Below are positions 38,832-51,377 of a stretch of DNA of 64,000 bases, in pieces. Position 1 is the stretch's first letter, and each line of letters begins with the position of its first letter. Both the position numbers and the translations under genes were made by a program. Source of the DNA: Octopus sinensis (Eukaryota); NCBI RefSeq assembly GCF_006345805.1, contig NC_043006.1:87916001-87980000 (forward strand). Reading direction: 5' to 3'. The notes under the pieces were generated by a model. It was not told the DNA's origin and did no database searches. It saw only the letters and a program-made list of their open reading frames with translations.

Positions 38832-41800
38832 CTGTAAGTTAGAGAGGGACGTAGGGTTAGGCTGCATAGTGATATATATAAAAAACCATGACTTCAATAA
38901 AACCATACCACTGGAGTATGCTGATCTGTTGGGTAGGTTACAGTGCCCTTATTTCCTGAATTTCAGAAATCTAAACAAAGTAATAACTTTACTTCAAATG
39001 ATTATGCAAGAATTTGTAGACCCATCAAAACCAAGCCAACATGATATACACAAAATCATTATAAAAAAAGAACACTATTATCTTTCTCATCACTTTCATT
39101 AATAGCTACCACTGTCCATATCAGCTTATATTATTATCTCTGGACAGATTTAATTCACTTTTTATGCCCGATGTTAATCCTCCTGTGAATACACATCATA
39201 TTTCCACTCCATTTCTCTGTTACGCATCAAGCAAATTAATAAAATATTTCTTCTAACTTCCATTTTCATTTCATTTTCAGTTTGATTTTTTGCTGCTTTC
39301 TTTTTTGTAATATGTTTTTAATATTTTTTTCTCTTTTTCTTGTATATTTTATCATTAATATATTTTTCCATTGGAATATTATCACATTATATATATTACC
39401 TGGAATTAAAAATATCATTTTATTAGTATTTTGCTATCATACAAAACTATCGGACTTACACATTATATTATCTAGTTCTCTGTCTCATATTTCAACATTG
39501 AAGACTTGCAGAAGTTGACTTTCCTGTCTCACCTGCCACCACCAATAAATTAAACACCAGATCTACAGTTGTATCAAGTCAATAGTTTAAAGTTATATTG
39601 CCTATCTCACTGAAAGAGTGCATGCTTCATTTGACCATTAAAAAGAAAATATCCTGTAACCTTTAATGGTTTCAGTACTAAAGACTTCATCTTCATATAG
39701 TGTTTATTGAACAAGTCTGTCTGGAAGCTCCTCCGGCTATTGATTAAGGATAAAATTCGCAAACTAAAGAGTAAATGAGGTGAAATGATTTGAGTAAAGA
39801 TATGTAAAACAAGTGGAATTATTTCTTAATATCTTTGGATTCTTTTAAAGGCCAGAGGTTAACTTGAGATGTGTAGTATGGCATAAATAAGAGACAAGAT
39901 GTTGGGGCTATCACAGAAAGAATTGCTAAATTGATCTTGGTCACTTTTTCTATCAGCTAGCACAATGGAGAAATTTAGGATAAACTGTTTTGCCAAGAAA
40001 CAGAAAACAATGGATTTGAATTGATGACCTACAGGTGGTACAATATATTATCAATATCACCAAAGAATCACCAGGAACTTAATATTAATCTACATTCCTT
40101 GTACCACCTGACCAATGTTCTAGCTAAGAAATAAACAAAAACATCTTTATTGTAAAGATGATGAAGCTAATCTTCAATAAACATGTTTCAAATCCAGATA
40201 TCAGCCTTTAAGTGTTGTTTTATTTTGCTAATGCCTATGGGAAAGGCATTAACTTCTCAAGTCTGTTAATACGCGAACTTATGGACAAATTCAGCTATTT
40301 CTGTGCCAATGTATAGAGTTTGCCAGTGTCAGCACTGAGGCAATGCCCTGTCGATAAGGGGAGCATGCATATCAGCAAAAATCATCCAGTTATTACACTT
40401 TCTTACCATTTTTACATCCTGTTTTATATGGTTGGAATGGTTCTCAAAATAGATAAATAATGAATAATATAATATACAAGCATGTATGGTACACATAGAT
40501 ATTTCTGTTTATGTGTGTCTATGCTTATGTAACTGTGTATGAGAGTGCTTTTGTGTATGTGTGTGCTTGTGCATGCATGAGTGTGTATGTGTGTGAGTAT
40601 ATATGTGTGTATGAAGAATTTATTGAGAAGATCAGGTATGATTTCACTTGGAACATAGAAGGGCAATGAACTGGAATGGCAAAGTTATTCAGTTGAGAAT
40701 TAACACTAGGCATAAAAAGGAAATAAAATCTGCCCATTCTGGGATAATGTTTCAGTAGCCATGATTATATTGGTGGAGGTGGTGGTGGCGATGAAGAATG
40801 TGATGTTTTAGTTGAGTAGCCTCAGTTGTGCTTCAGTTATCTTTGACCATCACGATATTAATAGTGATAATGATGAGGATTATGATAATATTTTCCTTTC
40901 TGGCACAAGGTCGGTTTTCTAAAAGGTGGAAGAGGAACTCAGGTCAAATCCCACAGCAGCATTGCATTTCTGATGGTACCAAAATCAGCCCAATCAAAAC
41001 ACTTTCACATAATACAAAATAGTCAACTGAGTTAACCCGAGTATCTTACTGGTACTTATTTCATTTCTTATTTTATAAAGACTGGGATATTTTATAAAGA
41101 TAAAGGTTATAATGGGAGATTATGGCAAATAATTACAAGCAAAGATTATAGTCAAAGATTGCACTGGTAAAAATGAGCAGCTAAGATTATAGGTAAAAAC
41201 AAAGAAAACATAAATTAATAACAATAATTGTGGATAATGATTAAAGATTATTAAGACAGGGAAAATTATTTTATTGACACTAGGAAGATTAAACCTTGAA
41301 TTAGAAAGCCAGAAGGTGGATATTATTATAAAGTAAGAAGCTTAATTATTTACCCTTTGCAATACTATTGAATCTACATAGAGTTCCTTACATAAGCATT
41401 AGATCTGTTGTGAAATAGGAATTTCTACTGTTTGTGCTCTATATTCAGGCATAGATTTTAGACAAGCGATATGTGAACTCATGTTTTTAGGTGTGTTGCA
41501 TATCAGTTTTGTTTTAAAATGTAAGCATATTCACTGATCAATGTTCAATCATAAACCACCAAAAACAAAAACAAAAAAAACTTTGTTTTATTCACGCAGC
41601 AAGATTTTGGTGAAAGGAAGCAGTTTTTGACTGGTTTAGCTCAACCTTGTGTACATTAATAAGATTTTTGCTTACACCCTTCATATCCTTCTAATGATTA
41701 TCTGCATAGCCGTAAATAGGGAACATGAAGTTTGTCAGGCATGTAAGCTAGAACAAACAAAATTATGTGCTTTGCTGAAGAGCACAATATAAGAACAGTA

Positions 41801-44639
41801 ACAAGATTTGAGGGGAGGACCAAGTGGTCAGAAGAAGAGTGGTTTCAGCTCATAGCAACTGCAGCTCATTGCAGCATAAATAAGAAACATAAGGGACAAA
41901 ACTTACGATGAGGAATTGAAACCTAATTGCAAATTCAGCTTGTTGGGAATTTGTCTGGAAGCACACTCCAATCACACTCCCTTTCCTTTGTTTTAATAAT
42001 GGTAAAAATGAACAAGAGCTATAATTAATACTGTAGTGAAAAGGGTGAAGAAATAAAATGCTTTTATCATGTCTGCCACCTACATACTCCTGCCTCTGAA
42101 TATTGAAGTATGAGTTTTTAATTAGGTGTGAAATGGAGTATTTTAAAAAAACAAAACAGAAAGCAATTGAACATAAATCATTTAAATTCTTGACAACAAC
42201 TGGGAATTTAATACATCTTTTGCTTAGGTCATTCGTTGTTGTTGTTGTTGTTGCTGCTGCTATTTGTGGTTTGTGATTGTTATGGTGTTGGTGGTGGTGA
42301 TATTGCTTTGTAATTGTCAATTCCTTGGATAGTTCATTTCAGAACAGAGGCACAGTTCGTGAATGGTTAATATCAAAATGAGTGCACACACACACACCAC
42401 ACACACACACACGCACACACACACACACGCACACACATACACACACACACACACACACGAATATGCCCAGAGACAGATATGAAGAGGTGTGGTTGTATGG
42501 GATAGATGTGTATGATGTGTGAAGGTGTTACTTTGAATGTATTCATGGATATGTATGTAAATATGAACATAGCAGAGTGTACAGTCATGTGTATGTGTAT
42601 GTGCACATGCATGCATGCATATGTGCATGTGCGTGTGTATGTGCTAGTGTGAAAGCTTGGATTTTGTGTTCCAGTATCTAATCATGTTTAGATTGCATTC
42701 CACATGAACATAGATTTGTGTTAAGTTTCTGTTCATATCATAAGTGTAAATTCTATGACACTAAATCTCTTTGTTAAGATATATATTTTGTTTTGTGCAC
42801 GTGTATATATGTTCATATATGGTTGTGTGTGTCTTTATATGTATTTACACAGCTTTGTGCACGTATATGAATTTTCTTGTGTAAATGCACATACACATAC
42901 AAAATACAAATATATAGATAGGTACATACAGAATCATACACACATTAAAAAATGAGGATGAACATTGAAAGTAATCAATCAAGTGAATGAGCTTCTCATA
43001 GTTGTTTGACTTGCTAGAAACAATAACCAAATTGCCTTCAAATCATAACCTGCCTTCACAAAGAAAACTGAAATATTACATTGGATAATGTAATTCCATG
43101 TGCTAAATGGCTAAACAATGGTGTGATGTCATGGCTGGAATGCCATTGATTATGTGTCAGTTTGATCAAGTTTTACTTGGGTTTTTTAAAAAAATCAATT
43201 ACAATATATTGAAACTCATTAGGGTCTTGTACTGAAAGTGGTTTGCTAAAATAAAGGGTCAGATGAAAGTGGTTAAATTTTCTACAACTAATGTACTCAA
43301 AAGTTGTCAATCCAGAAGAGCCCCAGCCAAGATGACTACAACAAATTAAAATACTAGAAATAATTCATTGTTTAATTCTTAATAGTTCAAACATGAATTA
43401 GAAAAAAAAACTGTAGACCAGTAAAAGTATTTTCCCATCTTTTATCACTCCAAACATATCCCAGCATCTCTTCTTTCGGTAGAAATAAAATGGTCAGTCA
43501 ATATGTCATGTGCAATTGTAAGTTCAGTTGCAATGGCTGGAAGAATTCTGTTACAGAAGCACACCAGACATATTCTGGCAGGAATAAGACACTCACAGGA
43601 ATTTAGTGATATTACATATATAGGTTTGTGTAACATCATATAAATATAATACCACATGCACATAAACATTTACATGGATCAAGGATTGTTCCATTTACAA
43701 TCAACTACACTAACATCAATCAGTTTTCTTGATTTTAATATGCCATGTCATGACACTGTCTCGCTTCTCTCAATGGAATCATGACAAAATGAAATTGAAT
43801 CTCAGCTTTTACAAACATTCAAATCTAGTTCAGAAAAATTGTAACTAAATGCTTCAGTAGTGAGTTGTACTTTCTCAAAGAAATTTGATTTAGGAAGTTT
43901 GATCACCATTGCTTACTTAAGGCAATGTAATTTATGAGGTAACATCACCAATGCTCATGGCAAAGTGAGACATCAGTTGAGATCACTATTGCTTCGAGCA
44001 ATGTAATTTATGAGGTGTGATCACTATTGCTTACTCAAGGCTATGTGACTTACAAAATAAGATCTCTTTCATGGGCAGACTTCAGCCAGCATATATATAT
44101 TAATTACGTGCTTGATAATCATACAGTGTTTAGAAGATATTAGCTGGTATTCTACCTGAGTTTAAGTCTTACCTCCTTGATGTTTTCTGTTGATATCAGT
44201 TGTATCAATGAAAATATATATCAGCAGTAATATTCAGAAGATTAATTGAATCACCTCTTTTCTACTATTTTGTACTGAAAAGCTAAGCATTCATTTCTAA
44301 TTGTTTACATCTTTGTATTATATTTTTCATTCAGCTGTAACAGTGGAACTTACGTAACTCTCCTGAGAAACCAATGTTCAGACAACATGTTTCAAGCAGC
44401 TAAACACAGAGTTGTACAGAGAAGAAGCAGAATGGCAGAGAGCAATAAAAGAAAGGTCAGAAGATAATTAAAACGAGAAAGAAAGACGTTTTGAAAGTGT
44501 AAGAGAATGGAAAATATGAAAATGTAAATTACAAAGAAATATAATGAGACTCAGATCAAATAATTTTATTAAATTCATAGATTAACAATCTAAAAACTAT
44601 CATTGCAATTATTCTCAGCATTAACTTAACATCAGACAA

Positions 44640-44702
<63 letters not shown>

Positions 44703-45193
44703 TATTATTATCATCATTATTATTATTAGTAGTAGTATTGGTTTCATAGTTTACATTATCATCATAGTTTCAGTTCTGAATTTGAATTCCACTGATATAA
44801 ATCTTACCTTTTATTCTTCAAGGATAGATAAAATTTAAAAAAAGCTAGTCAAATACTGGCTTGATTTATATTCCTCTAATACATCCATGAAAAGAATGAA
44901 ATTAAAATAGAAGACTAAATTGACAACAATGTATATGGTAAATACTGAGATCCTGAATGCTATCACTGCCTCCCATAGCATCCTTATCATCATCATCAGA
45001 TGTATGTATGTATGTATGTATGTATGTATGTATGTATGTATGTATGTATGTATGTATGTATGTATGTATGTATGCATGCATGCATGTATGTATGTATGTA
45101 TGTATGCATGTATGTATGCATGCATGAATGCATATATGTAAGTGTATACATACCTACCTACCTACCCACCTATCTATCTATCTATCTATCTAT

Positions 45194-45239
<46 letters not shown>

Positions 45240-45257
45240 TGTGTGTGTGTGTGTGTG

Positions 45258-45294
<37 letters not shown>

Positions 45295-45301
45295 TGTGTA
45301 G

Positions 45302-45409
<108 letters not shown>

Positions 45410-45929
45410 TATATATATATTCCTGAACCATGTAGTACATTGTACTCTTGAGCAAAACACTTCATCTCATGTTGCACTCTAGGATCATGTATATACACAC
45501 ACACACACGCAAACACGCACACACGCACAAACACACACACAAACACATATATTCCTAGACTGGGTGGTGCATTGTTGTTCTTCAGCAAAACACTTCACTT
45601 CATGTTGCCATATGATCACTTCAACAACTGAAGAAAACCTGCCATATCACTTCATTTGCTAAACCTACTTTGCACTTTGACGATAGAATGCTTCACATAT
45701 GTCAGAAATGGTCTCGATAAAACTGAAGTCACTTGGCAAATACAGTCAGCCATATTTTAACTATATTTTAACAAACACTTGATATTTTCAAATGTAACAA
45801 TGATGATAATGGTGATGATGATGAGGAGGAGGAGGAGAATGATGACAATATTTTCAGAGTAACGTAGACAGTACTTTTAGAGAAACACCGAATCCTTTTG
45901 AATAGTCTTACTACTATTAGTAACTACTA

Positions 45930-45974
45930 CTACTACGACTACCACCACCAGTACCACTTTTACTACTACTACTA

Positions 45975-46057
<83 letters not shown>

Positions 46058-46130
46058 TATAATACCACCACCAGTACCACTACTACTACTACTACTACTA
46101 CTTGTAGTAGTAGTAGTAGTAGTAGTAGTT
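45930..46130. repeat. (TAC)n/(TAA)n compound repeat ending in a (TAC)7-tt-(GTA)8 palindrome
   Basis: Direct reading. Confidence 0.9.
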
Positions 46131-46225
46131 TTTGAATAATAATAATTATTTCAAATTTTTGGCACTAGGCCAGCAGTTTTAGGAAGAGGAGTTATCAGCA
46201 CACAGGTGTAGTTCTTCAAGATCTT

Positions 46226-46900
46226 AAGAACTACACCTGTTAGACAATGCAATGTGACATTAAAGAGTAGGAATAATGACCAGAGGTAGAAAATTAACAG
46301 ATGTACAGTTCAGATGAAAAATATTTTAGGGGAGACTGCCTCTTTCCTATTTTGTTTGTAACAGCAATGACCCCTTTGTGAATTATATAAAAGCCGAGGA
46401 AGTAAATTCCCTGGAGAAGAATAGGGGAAATGTAAAACATCTCCTGTCTATGGGCAACTTAGAGCTTTACAGAGGCATGAATCGACTGGATTCTTTAATG
46501 CAAGCCATATGAATATTTAGTGTTGACACTGGGATGACATTCAAATTGAGAAATGTATCATAGTGGAGTTGAAGAAGAGGAAAATCACAAAATATACTGC
46601 AATGTATGTAACTTATGACGAGGATATAAAATCATTAAATATAGAAGTTTATAAATATCTTGGAATACTGGGAAGGGATAAAATCAAAAGTGTAGAAATG
46701 AAAGTCATCCGCATTAAAGAACATTTTGATAGAATTAAGATTTTATAATCCAAAATTGAATGCGGGAAGTATCATACATGCAATCAACTTCAGGGTAATA
46801 TTAGTAATAAGCTATGTATGAAACAGGAACCATTAAATGGAGTGTAGATAAATTGAAGGATATTCTCAGAAAGATGAGGATCGAACTCGTGCTGGACAAA
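46226..46900 (+). mobile_element. Dong/R4-type LINE RT remnant
   Basis: IF*GDCLFPILFVTAMTPL (IFQGDSLSPLLF), KHLLSMGNLELY (HLLYMDDLKLY), YKYLGILGRDKIKSVEMK (YKYLGILE.D.IK...MK). Confidence 0.85.
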
Positions 46901-48144
46901 AGCGTGCAGTCCTAATTAGATATTGACTAGTTATCTTTTATCTGTTTCAGTGATTAGACTGTGGCTATGCAGGGGCACTACTCTGAAGAATTTTAGTCCA
47001 ATGAATCAACCCCAATACTTACTTTGTTTTTAAGCCTGGTACTTATTCTATCGGTCTCTTTTGCTAAACTGCTAAGTTACGAGCCATAAACACACCACCA
47101 TCAACTGTCAAGTGATGGTGAGGAGTAGACATAGATACACACACCAAATCCACTCAAAAGGCTTAGTCAGCCCAAGGCTATATTAGAAGACACTTGCTCA
47201 ATGTTCCACATATTGGGGCTGACCTGGGACCATATGGTTGGGAACCAAGCTTCTTACCACACACCCACACCTGCATCTATGCACAGCTACACCTGCACCT
47301 ATATTATATTGGAAAAGTTATATTGAAAAAGAGTAGAAGATAGAAGAGGGTTAATGAGTATTAAGAAAGTAGTTGGAGAAAACACGACTAGGATTCTGTC
47401 AAAAAAGGTTAATTAAAAAGAAACATGAAAAGAAAGTACATGTTTGCATACTAAAATGACATTTGTTACATCTATACAAGCACATACATCAACAAAATAA
47501 TCACTCACACACACACACTTACATATATATATTTTAAAATAATAAAAAAATTTATATATATGCAAACAAATACTTATATAAGCATATGAATTCTCAAAAT
47601 CCCTGGAAATGTGTTTACTCAAATATAAAGGCCTTGTCACTTTGCTAGTGACTGGCTTGAATTCTGTCAATCAATGCAAATAAATCTGAAAAACAACACA
47701 AAAACATGCATAATGCACTAGTACTAATGATGATGTTACCAATGTGGTGATAGTAAATATTATGATGATGATAACAGTGATGTTGATGTTAAGATAATAG
47801 CATAACAATAATGGTACAAATAGCGAAGAGATATTGATGTGGAACTTACAGCAAAACGATCTTTGCTAATAATTGACACTAACTCTGAAAATCTGAAGAA
47901 AAGATTTAAAGGTCCTCTCGTATCAAACCTTCCCAGTGCTACCAAAAGACTAATCTCCATAATATGTGTCTAGAGGTCTAACAACCTGAGAAAGACGCAA
48001 CTGATATAAAGTGAAACGTATACAAGGCATAAAGAAGCACTAATGTTAAGTAACAAAATCTCTGTGTGTTCATATGTATATGTGCTTGTATGTATGTGAT
48101 TGTGTATGTATATGTGTGGGTGCATATATATGTGTGTGCATATA

Positions 48145-48175
<31 letters not shown>

Positions 48176-48301
48176 GTGTATATATACATGTATAAATATA
48201 TATATATTTATGTATGTATGTATATATATATCCATATATGTGTATATTCATACATGTCATATGTACATATATATACATGTATGTATATATATGCACATAT
48301 G

Positions 48302-48333
<32 letters not shown>

Positions 48334-48347
48334 CACATGCATATATG

Positions 48348-48438
<91 letters not shown>

Positions 48439-48473
48439 AATATATGTATATATGTATATATGTATGTATATAT

Positions 48474-48531
<58 letters not shown>

Positions 48532-48914
48532 TATAATATATATATATATATGTATATGTATGTATGTATATATCTTACACACACCTTTATATGGACATAT
48601 ACACTTATCTACACACAATGTTTCACATAACTGACATATTTATCAGCTCTTAAATTTACTTAATGCAAGGAAATTCTACAAGAACAGCAAAAATGAAACA
48701 AAACTGAATGAAAATGTTAAAACTGTTTCATGCCAGGGGCTAAATGAAAGTAACTGTGTATAGATATACATATCCAGAGATACATACATACATACATACA
48801 TATATATACATATATACATATATATATAGGAACACACATATTAGTATATATAATTTATACATACATACATTCGTACATATATACACATATGTATATACAT
48901 ATATTCACATAAGC

Positions 48915-48964
<50 letters not shown>

Positions 48965-49098
48965 TTGTATGTATATGTATGTATATGGATATGTATATTT
49001 ATTATGTGTGTGCATAACAATATGTACATATATATATATTTATATATACATATACATCTATATAAATATATGTGTATATATACATGTGTATGTAGATA

Positions 49099-49140
<42 letters not shown>

Positions 49141-49849
49141 TACACATGCATATATATTCATTACTAGAAGCATCAATATGCAGATGCATATAGAGTACAT
49201 GCACACACACACATACACATATGTGTATTGTTTGTGTTGGTGTAAATTTGTGTAAATGTAAGTAGGTATGTATGTATAAAACTAAGATTAATAACAATAA
49301 TAACAATGTCAGTGATAGGTGTCATAATCAATTGACAAACATTTCTGTGATAAAATAAAAGCATTTTCGAACACCACGACCAGCATTACTGTCACCACCA
49401 CTACAGCCATCATTTTTCATCCTTATCACCATCATCCCCCACCACTGCTTCAATCTGCAGTTCTATTCTTAGATAAGTGTTTGAAAAGGAAACCAAAAGC
49501 ACTATTGGTGGATTACAATGCAAAATTTTATTCTATAGCAACAATCCATAAAATGTTTAACTGGATTGTGTGTGTGTGTGTGTATGTGTATTTGTGTGTG
49601 TATACACACAAACACACATTTATATATTATATTGTATACTATAGCAAGACACTTGTCTCTGCCTCTGTTTCTCTGTCACATTCTAACATGTCATCATCTG
49701 ACACAAGATTACCTTTTCCAATGCTCCCACCTCTATAGCAAAACATCTATTTCTGCTTCTCTGTCTCTTTGTTACACTCTAATCTTTCATCATGTGACAC
49801 AAGTTCCCATCCTCCAATGCCCCCTCCCTCTCAAAATTCCTTGTCTTGC

Positions 49850-50158
49850 AGCTTGGTGACCTTGCTGGTGCTGGTGCAATGTAAAAAGCAACCAGCCCAC
49901 ACTGTAAAGTGGTTGGCATCTGGAAGGGCATCCAGCTGTAAAAACTATGCCCAAACTGACCTCACCTGTGCTGGTGCCTTGTAAAAAGCTCTGAGTGCAC
50001 TCTGTGGAGCTGATGGTGTTAGGAAGGGCATCCAGCTATAAAGATCATGCCAAAACTGACACAATAGCCAGAGTAGGCTCCTACCTGGCTGGCTCCTGTC
50101 AAACAATCCAACTCATGCCTGTGATGAAAGACCAACGTTAAACAGTGATGATGATGAT
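49850..50158 (+). mobile_element. RTE-tailed repeat, degenerate, with an internal duplication
   Basis: gaagggcatccagct occurs twice; ends acgttaaacagtgatgatgatgat. Confidence 0.7.
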
Positions 50159-50169
50159 ATACTCTCTCT

Positions 50170-50556
50170 CTTTTACTCTTTTACTCTTTTACTTGTTTCA
50201 GTCATTTGACTGTGGCCATGCTGGAGCACCGCCTTTAGTCGAACAAATCGACCCCGGGACTCATTCTTTGTGAGCCCAGTACTCATTCTATCGGTCTCTC
50301 CTGCCGAACCGATAAGTGACGGGGACATAAACACACCAGCATCGGTCGTCAAGCAATGCTAGGGGACAAACACAGACACACAAATACACACACACATACA
50401 TATACATATATATACATATATAAGACAGGCTTCTTTCAGTTTCCATCAACCAAATCCACTCGCAAGGCGTTGGTCGGCCCGGGGCTTAGTGGGACTGGAC
50501 CCGGAACCATGTGATTGGTTAGCAAGCTACTTACCACACAGCCACTCCTGTGCCTA
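50170..50556 (-). mobile_element. tRNA-derived SINE family A, near complete
   Basis: Minus head taggcacaggagtggctgtgtggtaagtagc...ggttccgggtccagtccc, internal CA/TA microsatellite, tail cagtcaaatgactgaaacaagtaaaagagtaaaagag. Confidence 0.9.
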
Positions 50557-50699
50557 TATGTACTTATATGTAAATGTATGTATCTATGTATATATATTTG
50601 TATGCATGCAAGTATTAGTATACACACACACACACACACATATATTATTATCATCATTGATTTGATTCAGGTTTGGTCTTATTCCTGGCAGGATTTACG

Positions 50700-50861
50700 T
50701 GGGTAGTGTGTTACTACCTGTAACCTTAGGTATCCTCAATCCTTCAATAGTCTTTCAAGTGTTTAAGAACCTCCTGATAATCTCTCCAGTCCCTAAGAGG
50801 CAAACTTTCGGTGGAAGCTCTACTGGACATTCTATTCCAATCTCCTTCAACCACTTGTCTA

Positions 50862-50862
<1 letters not shown>
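50700..50862 (-). mobile_element. Dong/R4-type LINE 3' end remnant
   Basis: DKWLKEIGIECPVELPPKVCLLGTGEIIRRFLNT* matches the LQK..LLGTARI.R.VL terminus. Confidence 0.75.
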
Positions 50863-50892
<30 letters not shown>

Positions 50893-51377
50893 GTTATTAT
50901 TCATTTATTGTCTGCTTTCCATGCTGGCATGGATTGAATGCTTTGACTGAGGACTGGTGAGCCAGATGACTGCACCAGGCTCCAGTCTGATCTGGCAGAG
51001 TTTCTACAGCTCGATGCCTTTCCTAATGCCAACCACTCTGAGAAAGTAGTGGGTGCTTTTACGTGCCAGTCAGGTGGTACATATACGTATGTATATATGC
51101 ATATATATATTACTTATATTATTATATGAGTGAATGCCATGCATCCTCTTCCAAGTATGTATAGATATATATATATACACACAACACACACATATATATA
51201 TATATATACACCACACATATATATATACATATATATATACATATATTATATGTATATATATACATATATATATACATATATATATGTATATATATACATA
51301 TATATATGTATATATATACATACATATAATATATGTATATATATACATATATATATAACATATATATAATGTATATA

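Noticed and set aside
47970-49364. Cluster of long Y/I/H/T/C/V ORFs (also at 19.8, 45.0, 59.0 and 61.3 kb)
   Set aside because: Dinucleotide-repeat translations.
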